From: Nitratidesulfovibrio vulgaris str. Hildenborough
GTDB lineage: Bacteria; Desulfobacterota; Desulfovibrionia; Desulfovibrionales; Desulfovibrionaceae
Reading direction: 5' to 3'
Length of the DNA stretch: 32,000 nt
Assembly (NCBI RefSeq): GCF_000195755.1
Contig: NC_002937.3
Location: 1,200,001-1,232,000, forward strand
The first letter of the stretch is position 1; each line of letters begins with the position of its first letter. Of the stretch, positions 25,838 through 32,000 are shown piece after piece. Made by a program: the position numbers and the translations under genes. The notes below the pieces were generated by a model. It was not told the origin of the DNA, did no database searches, and was given only the letters and a program-made list of their open reading frames with translations.

Positions 25838-25864
25838 AGCCTCCTGTCGCTTGGACAGGAGGCT
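25838..25864 (-). terminator. Terminator-like hairpin after the OB-fold cargo gene; its 3' arm carries the portal SD
   Basis: Minus-strand RNA reads AGCCUCCUGUC-CAAGC-GACAGGAGGCU followed by UUUUC-AUG (portal ATG at 25832). The stem is a perfect 11 bp. Confidence 0.6.
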
Positions 25865-25916
25865 ATGCAATGGCGGGGATGTTTGCCGGAAGGGGTGAGG
25901 AATGTGCGTGGGAATG

Positions 25917-26537
25917 TTAGTTAATCTGGCAGTCTCGCAAGAAGACGTTGCCGATGCTCATGCCGTTGACCGTGCCCACGACTTGGATCTTGGCCCCACG
26001 GCTTATTTTCGCAGCACTTGCCTCGTCCTCCATGATGCAGTTGACCCCGGTAAGGCCAAACTGGTCGACTGCCATCGCGACATACGGAGACCCTGTGATG
26101 TCTTTCTTGATGTCCGTGGCCGTGCCAACAACGAGGATTCTCTTGCCCTTGTATTTGTTGTCGGCAGCCACTTCATTCGCATCATAGGCAGCCCACAGAT
26201 CCCTCGCACTGATGCGTGAGGCTTGGAGGGCCTGCGCCTCGGCTTTTGCCTTGGCCTCTGCTTCGGCTTTTTGCGCACGCTCCTTTTCTGCCTTCTCTAC
26301 GGCTCGCACAGCTTCTGCCTCTTGTCGCACTTGGGCTTGCCTCGTTTTTTCTTCGGGACTCATGAGCGCAGTGCCTACGAGAGAACAGGCAAGGGCAATG
26401 ACAAAGTAAAAGCCAAACGCCTTAAGGCGCGTTCTGTGGTGCGGCTGCAAGAAGAACAACAGTTGCTTGGGAAGAATGATCCCGACCAGCGCAGCAAGCA
26501 TTGCAATAGCAGTAATCGCTCCAAAAAACTGAGTCAT
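25917..26537 (-). CDS. Membrane-anchored OB-fold protein (tRNA_anti-like OB domain), cargo gene
   Basis: Start MTQFFGAITAIAML at 26537, preceded by AGGAGG 4 nt upstream. Two predicted TM helices, a charged coiled linker (EAEAKAKAEAQ), and a C-terminal block ISARDLWAAYDANEVAADNKYKGKRILVVGTATDI...VNCIM...GAKIQVVGTV...VFLRDCQI typical of the tRNA_anti-like OB family. G+C is about 50-57% by hand count. Confidence 0.7.
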   Translation of the reverse strand: MTQFFGAITAIAMLAALVGIILPKQLLFFLQPHHRTRLKAFGFYFVIALACSLVGTALMSPEEKTRQAQVRQEAEAVRAVEKAEKERAQKAEAEAKAKAEAQALQASRISARDLWAAYDANEVAADNKYKGKRILVVGTATDIKKDITGSPYVAMAVDQFGLTGVNCIMEDEASAAKISRGAKIQVVGTVNGMSIGNVFLRDCQIN

Positions 26538-26576
26538 AATTCCTCCTGTTTGCTTGCCGCATATCGCTGATGACAC

Positions 26577-26585
26577 ATTATATCA
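26577..26585 (-). promoter_or_regulatory. Candidate extended -10 promoter (TGATATAAT) for the OB-fold cargo gene
   Basis: The minus strand reads ttcTTGATATAATgtg, 39 nt upstream of the ATG, in an AT-rich patch between the TerL stop and the cargo gene. No good -35 element. Confidence 0.35.
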
Positions 26586-26596
26586 AGAAAATGATG

Positions 26597-28081
26597 TTAA
26601 TTTATGTGAGACACGAACATGGAGCGTTCCACCGTCTCCACCTCCCACGGTTCCACCGCCCCCAGCGTGGCATGCGCGTGCTGTGCCAGTGCCAGCGCCA
26701 CGGCAGAGTCGGCGTGACGCTGGCCAGAACCTCCCCGGCTTCGGCCTTCGGGCACCTTGGGCACGCCACGCACCATGCGCAGGCTGCGCAGGTCGTCCTT
26801 GATGTCCGCATCACGGGGCAGGACGATGGCCCGGTCTTCAAGCCGGGCCTTAACGCGCGGCATATGCTCCCGATACCAGCCTTCAGAGAGCATCACCTCG
26901 GCCACCATGGAAGGCCCCCACGTCTGCCGGGCGAACTCGGCAAGGGCCTGTCCGTTGCCGCGCGCGTCCAGTGACACCCCACCGCAGCCCGGCAGCCCGT
27001 TGACGAGATGCGCGAGTATCTGCTCTTGCGTGCGGAACGGGGCGTCGCGCAACTCCATCACGAACGGCGTGGCCAGTGTGAGATCCACGCGCTCGGTCAG
27101 GGGCCAGAACACCGAAAGGTCGCCGTTACGCCCGAAGTCGCCGCCCACATAGTGCGCCCTGTCCTTGGGCAATGCAGCCAGAAGCGGATCGAGGTGCGCG
27201 GCCAGCCATTGGCGTACATGCTCTTCCGCCACGGTCAGGGGCCAGTCCACGAAGTCGGAGGCAGGAGGCCGCCACCGGAGCACCGGCACGTCTTCGGCCC
27301 GTTCGGCCATGCAGCCCTCGATGAGCGCGCCGGGCAGCCATGCCCCGCCGCTCCGCTTGGGGATGCAGAACAGCTCCTCGTCGGCGTTGTCTCCGTGGCG
27401 ATGCACGATGTCCGTGCGCCATGCGTCTTCGGCCTCTGGTGACCACTCCCGGCCTGTCTGTCGGCATATGGCCTTGTAGAGTCCCAACTCCAGCGCATCG
27501 TCCAGCGTGGTGCGATGCAGGGCATAGTCCCATTTTCCGGCGCGGATCTCCTGCACCCGTTCGTTGAAAAGGTTCTCCTCGCCGTTATGGGTCGAGATGA
27601 CGCGCACCTGCCCACCCCACATGAGCAGGGCCATGCTGGCCTTCAGCACCTCTTCGAGGTCGTCCACGAAGGCCGCCTCGTCGATGACCACGCGCCCCTG
27701 CTTCGACCGCAGGCTACGCGCCTCCGACGGCAGGGTCACCACCTCGTTGCCGCTGTCGAAGCGGATGCGGTAGACCAGCACGTCACGATCAGGGTCGCCG
27801 AGCAGACGCAGGCCGTCCTCTATCTGCCCGGCGACCACGTTCAGCGCCCGCGCCCACCACGCGCAGTCCTTGATGAACTGCTCGGTCATGTCCTTGTTGT
27901 AGGCGAGGTAGTAGGTCGACTGGCCACCGCCTTCACGGGTGACGGACGCGGCGAGCACGGCGTCGAGGGCCTCGGCCCAGCTTGCACCGATGCGGCGGCT
28001 CTTCTCCCACCATTTGACCGGATGCCTGTCGTTGATCCACGCACGCTGGTAGCCCAGCAGGATGTCGGGGTCGGTGTGCAT
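26597..28081 (-). CDS. Terminase large subunit (Mu gp28-like)
   Basis: 494 aa. The N-terminal LGYQRAWINDRHPVKWWEKSRRIGASWAEA block resembles Mu-type TerL. Flanked by the gp27-like gene and the portal gene. Confidence 0.88.
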   Translation of the reverse strand: MHTDPDILLGYQRAWINDRHPVKWWEKSRRIGASWAEALDAVLAASVTREGGGQSTYYLAYNKDMTEQFIKDCAWWARALNVVAGQIEDGLRLLGDPDRDVLVYRIRFDSGNEVVTLPSEARSLRSKQGRVVIDEAAFVDDLEEVLKASMALLMWGGQVRVISTHNGEENLFNERVQEIRAGKWDYALHRTTLDDALELGLYKAICRQTGREWSPEAEDAWRTDIVHRHGDNADEELFCIPKRSGGAWLPGALIEGCMAERAEDVPVLRWRPPASDFVDWPLTVAEEHVRQWLAAHLDPLLAALPKDRAHYVGGDFGRNGDLSVFWPLTERVDLTLATPFVMELRDAPFRTQEQILAHLVNGLPGCGGVSLDARGNGQALAEFARQTWGPSMVAEVMLSEGWYREHMPRVKARLEDRAIVLPRDADIKDDLRSLRMVRGVPKVPEGRSRGGSGQRHADSAVALALAQHAHATLGAVEPWEVETVERSMFVSHIN

Positions 28082-28131
28082 GTGTCCTCACGCGGGAAAG
28101 AGGGTTGCAGCGGACAGAACGCGGGCCGCCA

Positions 28132-28728
28132 TCATTTGAGTCCCAACGCCTCGCGCAGGGTCTGGACGATGTCGACGGGGATACCACGCGAGCGTTCCGC
28201 CTCCGGCGTCTCGTCCGGGGCGACGGTACGTTCCAGCGTCGCCAGCAGGTCGAGGCAGCGTTGCACCTCTTGCAGGGCGCGCAGGTCTACCGCTTCGGGC
28301 CGGGCCAGCAGCATGTGCAGCCGTCGCTCCACCGCCTTGCGCACGGCGGACACGGCATCGGCCCGCGTGTGGATGGCAGGCAGTTCGCCCGTGGTGGCAT
28401 CGGACAGGGTCTGCCCCTGCCGGGCGGCCTCGGCCTCTTTCAGGGCCAGCGATTCCAGCGCGGAGACGGCGAAGGCGTTCTGTGCATCCGGCTTGGCCAG
28501 CAGGGCCTTCAGGGTCTTCGAGCGCGCCAGCACCTTGTCGGCGCGGATCTCGCTTTCAGCCTGGGCGAGTTGTTCCCGCTTGTCGCGCCAGCCGTACTTG
28601 TCCGCCCAGCGGCACAGGGTGGAGACGGCCACCCCGGTGCTCTCTGCCACGCGCTCGAACGACAGGCGGTCGACGCAGTAGAGTTCCTGCGCCCGCCACA
28701 CGGTTTCCGGCTCATGTTCGCGGCCCAT
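28132..28728 (-). CDS. Terminase small subunit-like DNA-binding protein (Mu gp27 / DUF1804-like)
   Basis: 198 aa. N-terminal HTH block WRAQELYCVDRLSFERVAESTGVAVSTLCRWADKYGWRDKRE. Directly upstream of TerL. Confidence 0.68.
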   Translation of the reverse strand: MGREHEPETVWRAQELYCVDRLSFERVAESTGVAVSTLCRWADKYGWRDKREQLAQAESEIRADKVLARSKTLKALLAKPDAQNAFAVSALESLALKEAEAARQGQTLSDATTGELPAIHTRADAVSAVRKAVERRLHMLLARPEAVDLRALQEVQRCLDLLATLERTVAPDETPEAERSRGIPVDIVQTLREALGLK

Positions 28729-28739
28729 GTGTCACTCCG

Positions 28740-28982
28740 CTAGTCGCCCAGTTCGCGGTTGAGGATGCCCAGCTTGTGGTCGAGGGCCTGCAATTCGCCA
28801 AGGCGCTCGTACAGGGCCATGGCCACGTCGAGGAACTGCTCGCGGTCGAGGGTGCCCACCTCTTCGGCGATGGGCAGCGACAGTCTCACCCTGTCGCGCA
28901 GAGCCTCGCAATCGACCGCCTTGCGCTGGCGCTGCTGGCGCAGTTCGACACGCTGCCCAAGGTACTGGGTGCGTTCGCTCAT
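28740..28982 (-). CDS. Hypothetical small phage protein (80 aa, coiled-coil-like)
   Basis: Internal start MSERTQYLGQ at 28982 forms an ATGA overlap with the stop of the upstream 157-aa gene. The longer 254-aa track ORF is Arg-rich and overlaps that gene out of frame. Confidence 0.5.
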   Translation of the reverse strand: MSERTQYLGQRVELRQQRQRKAVDCEALRDRVRLSLPIAEEVGTLDREQFLDVAMALYERLGELQALDHKLGILNRELGD

Positions 28983-29452
28983 TTCTTCCCCCTTGCTGCC
29001 TCGCGCACGGCGGGGCACATCATGTTGTTTTCGATGAGGCTCAACACCCGCTCCATGGTGCGCGTGTTGTTGACCACCACGTCCTGCAGGCCGGTGGCGA
29101 TGCGCTCGTATGCTTTCACCAGTTCCACATTGTCGCGGTAGTATTGGGCCGTCTCCTGCTGGTGGTCGCCCAGCTCGCGCAGCACGGTCTGCATGTCGGC
29201 CCGGTAGCTCTCCAGCTTGCAGGCCGAGTCTTCGCGCATCTCCTTCACCATGTCGGCCACGTCGGAGCGGTAGGTCTCCAGCAGTTCGCCCTGCCGTCTG
29301 CTGCGCAGGTGGTCGAGGATGAGCACGGTGATGAGCACGGCGGCAGGCCCGGCCAGCATGAGCGACACGAGGCCGGGCACGCCGAGTTGCTGCAGGATGC
29401 CCGCGATCATCTGCAGGGCTTCGACAAGTTGTGTGATGTCTGCGGGGTTCAT
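28979..29452 (-). CDS. Phage membrane protein (one N-terminal TM, then coiled coil), function unknown
   Basis: 157 aa. TM segment LGVPGLVSLMLAGPAAVLITVLILDHL. ATGA overlap with the o-spanin stop. Confidence 0.6.
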   Translation of the reverse strand: MNPADITQLVEALQMIAGILQQLGVPGLVSLMLAGPAAVLITVLILDHLRSRRQGELLETYRSDVADMVKEMREDSACKLESYRADMQTVLRELGDHQQETAQYYRDNVELVKAYERIATGLQDVVVNNTRTMERVLSLIENNMMCPAVREAARGKK

Positions 29453-29754
29453 CGGTTCTCCATAGGTGCGGTTTGGGCGCGGTAGCAGTCCACAGCGGCC
29501 TCAAGGCCCTTGGCGTAGCCGCGCAAGGCGTCGTCGCGTTTCAGCAGGGCCGCCACGTTGGGCGGTGCATCGAAGGGGAGCGTGCCGTCCAGCATGGGCA
29601 AGACGGGCCGAACCGGGGCCGGGCACGGCTGCGTTGCCACGACGAGCACCGATGGCGGCGGCGCAGGACGTGAGGCACACCCCGTCAGCCCGCAAAGGGC
29701 CAGCATGCTACCAAGGACGGTTGAGGCGAGCAGCGGCTGCATGGCGCGTGGCAT
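29449..29754 (-). CDS. Outer-membrane spanin (o-spanin) lipoprotein; start at 29754 or 29742
   Basis: Lipobox LALCGLTGC followed by a Pro-rich mature part. The start lies inside the 3' end of the i-spanin gene in another frame (overlapped spanin architecture). Confidence 0.7.
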   Translation of the reverse strand: MPRAMQPLLASTVLGSMLALCGLTGCASRPAPPPSVLVVATQPCPAPVRPVLPMLDGTLPFDAPPNVAALLKRDDALRGYAKGLEAAVDCYRAQTAPMENR

Positions 29755-30121
29755 CGTCGACAACCTCCTGCGCTTCCGCATCGGTGCGGGGGCGTGGCTT
29801 GACGTTGGTCATGATGGCGGTGCGGGCCGCGAAGTCCGCGCGGGCCTCTGCCTCTCTCTCCATGCACGCCTCGGCGAGTTCTGACAGGGCGCTGGTTGCC
29901 CCGTTGGCCAGTTCCAGTGCTCGGGCGGCTTCGCTCAACTTGTCGCGGAGCTCCGTTTCACGGGCCACGGATGCCGCGTAGAGCTTCTCGCGCAGGTCGA
30001 GCATGCTGCCGAGGTAGTCACAACGCGCGGCCAGAACAGCGACCGTAGCGACAAGCGCCGCGCACAGAAGCACGCCACGCAATGCCCATAGTTGGTGCAG
30101 GATGAGCCTTACGCTAGTCAT
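29708..30121 (-). CDS. Inner-membrane spanin (i-spanin)
   Basis: Start MTSVRLILHQ at 30121. An N-terminal TM (LRGVLLCAALVATVAVLAA) followed by a helical Ala/Glu/Arg-rich periplasmic domain. Downstream of the endolysin. Confidence 0.65.
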   Translation of the reverse strand: MTSVRLILHQLWALRGVLLCAALVATVAVLAARCDYLGSMLDLREKLYAASVARETELRDKLSEAARALELANGATSALSELAEACMEREAEARADFAARTAIMTNVKPRPRTDAEAQEVVDDATRHAAAARLNRPW

Positions 30122-30779
30122 GCCGACCCCCTTCACTGCATATGCCCCCGCCCCAGCCCGCCGCCATGTAGGCGGGTTCCAGCGTCAGCAGGATGCGCCG
30201 GGGGTAGCCCCGGTTCTCGGTCAACGCCGCACGATTGCGTCCGGCGTTGACGGTCTCCACGTTGTCCCACCACCGCCGGGCATCCAGTCCGCGTGCGGCG
30301 GCAAGCCGGGCATCGCGCTGCACCCAGCCGAGGCCGCCGTTGTAGGCGGCCAGCGTCATGGCCATGCGGTCGCAGGGCGTGACGGCCTGCACCCGCTGCC
30401 ATAGCCAGCGGTCGTAGGTGACAAGGGCGCGGAGTGACCACGCGGGGTTGAACGGCAAGGGCTTGCCCGTGTCCGGGGCCACCTGCGGCAACCAGCGGGC
30501 GGTTGCGGGCATGAACTGCGCCAGCCCCTGCGCGCCCACCGGCGACACGGCGTCGGCGTTCCACGTGCTCTCTTGGTGGATCTGCGCGGCGAAGGTGGCT
30601 GTGGGTGCAGACATCCCCCATTGCACACGTGCTTCACGAATGAGTTGATAACGGTGCTGGAGGGCTTGCGCGGGGATGGATGGGGCGGCCTTGGTGACTG
30701 ATGTCCACATGAGGGCCAGCACCAACAGCAGGCAACAACCCATGCAGGTGGGCAATGCGGGGTAAGAACGCACCTTCAT
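30114..30779 (-). CDS. Endolysin, SLT-domain lytic transglycosylase with an N-terminal signal or signal-anchor sequence
   Basis: SLT catalytic block AAQIHQESTWNADAVSPVGAQGLAQFMPATA. N-terminal hydrophobic CMGCCLLLVLALMWTSV. TGATG junction with the holin-like gene. Confidence 0.85.
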   Translation of the reverse strand: MKVRSYPALPTCMGCCLLLVLALMWTSVTKAAPSIPAQALQHRYQLIREARVQWGMSAPTATFAAQIHQESTWNADAVSPVGAQGLAQFMPATARWLPQVAPDTGKPLPFNPAWSLRALVTYDRWLWQRVQAVTPCDRMAMTLAAYNGGLGWVQRDARLAAARGLDARRWWDNVETVNAGRNRAALTENRGYPRRILLTLEPAYMAAGWGGGICSEGGRHD

Positions 30780-31147
30780 CACAGCCCCAGCCCCACGGCC
30801 AGCATCGCCACTGCCATGACGGCGGCCCGGCGAAGGCTCGCGGCGATGAACAGGCGCTGGCAGTTCTCCACCACCGGGTAGTCCTCAACGCCGTCGCTGA
30901 ACTCGTCCTCGTCCTTCCATTCGTACACGAGGTACGAATCCGGGCGTGCGTACGGAAAGGCCCAGCGGTCGAGCCAGTAGCCCCCTGTCCCCGCAAGGGA
31001 GAGGAGCGATCCTTTGTAGATGATGACGGGTAGCTGCTGCGGAGAGAAGAGGCCCACCAGCCCCAGCAGCAGGACAGAGAGGGCTAGGCACCAGCCCATG
31101 CGGGGCAGGCGGTGGAACAGGGAAGCAAGCGAGGGGAAGAAACGCAT
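30779..31147 (-). CDS. Holin-like membrane protein (start at MRFFPSLASL)
   Basis: 122 aa with hydrophobic segments GWCLALSVLLLGLVGLF and AAVMAVAMLAVGLGL. Immediately upstream of the endolysin. AAGGAGG lies 6 nt before the ATG at 31147. Confidence 0.55.
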   Translation of the reverse strand: MRFFPSLASLFHRLPRMGWCLALSVLLLGLVGLFSPQQLPVIIYKGSLLSLAGTGGYWLDRWAFPYARPDSYLVYEWKDEDEFSDGVEDYPVVENCQRLFIAASLRRAAVMAVAMLAVGLGL

Positions 31148-31174
31148 ATGATCCTCCTTTTTAGGGAGGATCAT
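31148..31174 (-). promoter_or_regulatory. Perfect 10-bp hairpin sequestering the SD of the holin-like gene
   Basis: Minus-strand RNA reads AUGAUCCUCC-CUAAAAA-GGAGGAUCAU, immediately followed by AUG (31147). Confidence 0.55.
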
Positions 31175-31220
31175 AGCGACATGGCAGGATGTTTCCTGAA
31201 TTGGTGGAAGCTGTGGAGGG

Positions 31221-31685
31221 TTATTCCTCCCAGTTCTCCATCATCGCCCGCACATCCTCGGAAGGGACGCGCACGGGGGCCTCTTTCAATCGGCGCAGTC
31301 TGCCCTCGGCTATCCAGTTGTATATCTGGCCGGGGCTGACGTTCAGGCAATAGGCCGCCTGATGCACGTTGAGCAGGCGCAGTCTTGTGACCATCTCCTG
31401 CGGAGTGAGCGTGAAGGGCCGCTCTTTGCTGACGGGGTAGCGCACGGGTAGCGGCGGCTGGAAGCCGTTGGGCCTGTTCAGGCTGCAACGCCTGCCACAA
31501 CCGAGGCAGAGGAACACGTCCGCCCGGTGGAACCAGTACGGGCCGCCGCTCTTCGGCGCATTGCGTCCGGGTATGGGCAGGCGGGGGCACTCCAGCGCGT
31601 CGTAGACACTGGCATCCACATCGCCACGGTAGGGCCGCCAGCCGCCCGCAACCAGCTTCACCACGTCATCAATCAGTGTCGCCAT
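31221..31685 (-). CDS. DNA-binding protein with a C-terminal excisionase/MerR-type HTH; candidate late-gene activator (Mu C slot)
   Basis: Start MATLIDDVVK at 31685, preceded by AGGAGG. C-terminal HTH block LLNVHQAAYCLNVSPGQIYNWIAEGRL. Lies just upstream of the lysis cassette. Function inferred from position only. Confidence 0.45.
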   Translation of the reverse strand: MATLIDDVVKLVAGGWRPYRGDVDASVYDALECPRLPIPGRNAPKSGGPYWFHRADVFLCLGCGRRCSLNRPNGFQPPLPVRYPVSKERPFTLTPQEMVTRLRLLNVHQAAYCLNVSPGQIYNWIAEGRLRRLKEAPVRVPSEDVRAMMENWEE

Positions 31686-32000
31686 GGCAGCCTCCTTCTG
31701 TCTGCATAGGCAGCAGGTCGATGATTTCCTTGGCCTGTGCGGTGAACACGGGCAGGCAGGTTGCACAGAGCGAACTGTTGCGCACCATGCACCGAGCGCA
31801 GGCGTGTTTACGAAGAATCTGCATGATGCCCTCCACCGTGGGGACGGATGCTACGCGGCGCTGCAACGCCGAGCGAATCCGGTTGGCCTGCCGGGTCATG
31901 TCCCCGGCATAGCGGCCTGAAAGAACCTGATAGACCGTGCCGCGTGGCAGCCCGGTCGCCTTGCAGAACCGGTGCGCCGACCCGTAACGTCGCCTGATCT
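31669..32000 (-). CDS. HTH protein with a C-terminal CxxC...CxxC cluster, 5' end outside the window
   Basis: Hand extension of the 31669..31899 ORF frame stays open to the window end: IRRRYGSAHRFCKATGLPRGTVYQVLSGRYAGDMTRQANRIRSALQRR...HACARCMVRNSSLCATC. The N-terminal part looks like a Ner/Nlp-type HTH. Confidence 0.45.
   Translation of the reverse strand, partial: IRRRYGSAHRFCKATGLPRGTVYQVLSGRYAGDMTRQANRIRSALQRRVASVPTVEGIMQILRKHACARCMVRNSSLCATCLPVFTAQAKEIIDLLPMQTEGGCHGDTD

Larger units (their letters stand above)
4090..32000 (-). mobile_element. Mu-like contractile-tailed prophage, late half (lysis, head, tail, com/methylase); continues beyond the window end. The end on the tRNA side is only approximate (somewhere in 3967-4237).
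   Basis: About 40 co-oriented, tightly coupled genes with Mu-type synteny: gp27-like TerS, TerL, DUF935 portal, MuF, gpI protease, gp36/gp37-like, sheath, tube, tape measure, gp44-48-like baseplate, fibre, com. Host arg genes and a tRNA lie directly outside. Confidence 0.85.

Noticed and set aside
28740-29504. 254-aa minus-strand ORF spanning two smaller genes
   Set aside because: Its N-terminal two thirds are Arg/Pro/His-rich and overlap the 157-aa membrane-protein ORF out of frame. Only the last 80 codons, starting at an ATGA junction, look coding.

Overview
High-GC bacterial chromosome segment; hand counts of 60-nt lines give about 65-68% G+C. Positions 1-3970 are host genes: an argH(partial)-argG-argF cluster on the minus strand, a divergent UPF0280/ApbE-like gene and a tRNA-Thr(CGU). 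From about 4.0-4.1 kb to the window end lies the late half of a Mu-like contractile-tailed prophage. All of its genes are on the minus strand and most junctions are overlapping stop/start codons (ATGA, TGATG). In transcription order: two HTH regulators, a holin-like protein, an SLT endolysin with an N-terminal hydrophobic anchor, overlapped i-/o-spanins, gp27-like TerS, TerL, DUF935 portal, MuF, gpI protease/scaffold, decoration protein, E-like major capsid, connector/completion proteins, sheath, tube, a frameshifted chaperone pair, tape measure, baseplate (hub, spike, gp25-like, J-like, gp48-like), tail fibre plus assembly protein. A Com-like zinc finger overlapping a beta-class DNA methyltransferase sits at the prophage end. 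Two compositionally foreign cargo insertions interrupt the late operon. (i) A ~1.2 kb block of ~33-42% G+C lies between the tail tube and tail chaperone genes. It carries a single opposite-strand orphan ParA/MinD-type ATPase with its own SD and terminator, and is my top candidate for an undescribed prophage-borne function. (ii) A ~0.7 kb moron lies between terminase and portal. It encodes a membrane-anchored OB-fold protein with its own extended -10, SD and terminator. Other points: a GGGAAAC -1 frameshift site missed by the ORF track, SD-sequestering hairpins at the holin and portal starts, a two-copy structured intergenic element in the baseplate module, and TTGAGAAA repeats at the prophage end next to the tRNA. 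No CRISPR array, rRNA or transposase is visible. All family assignments come from motif recognition and synteny by eye, with no database search.
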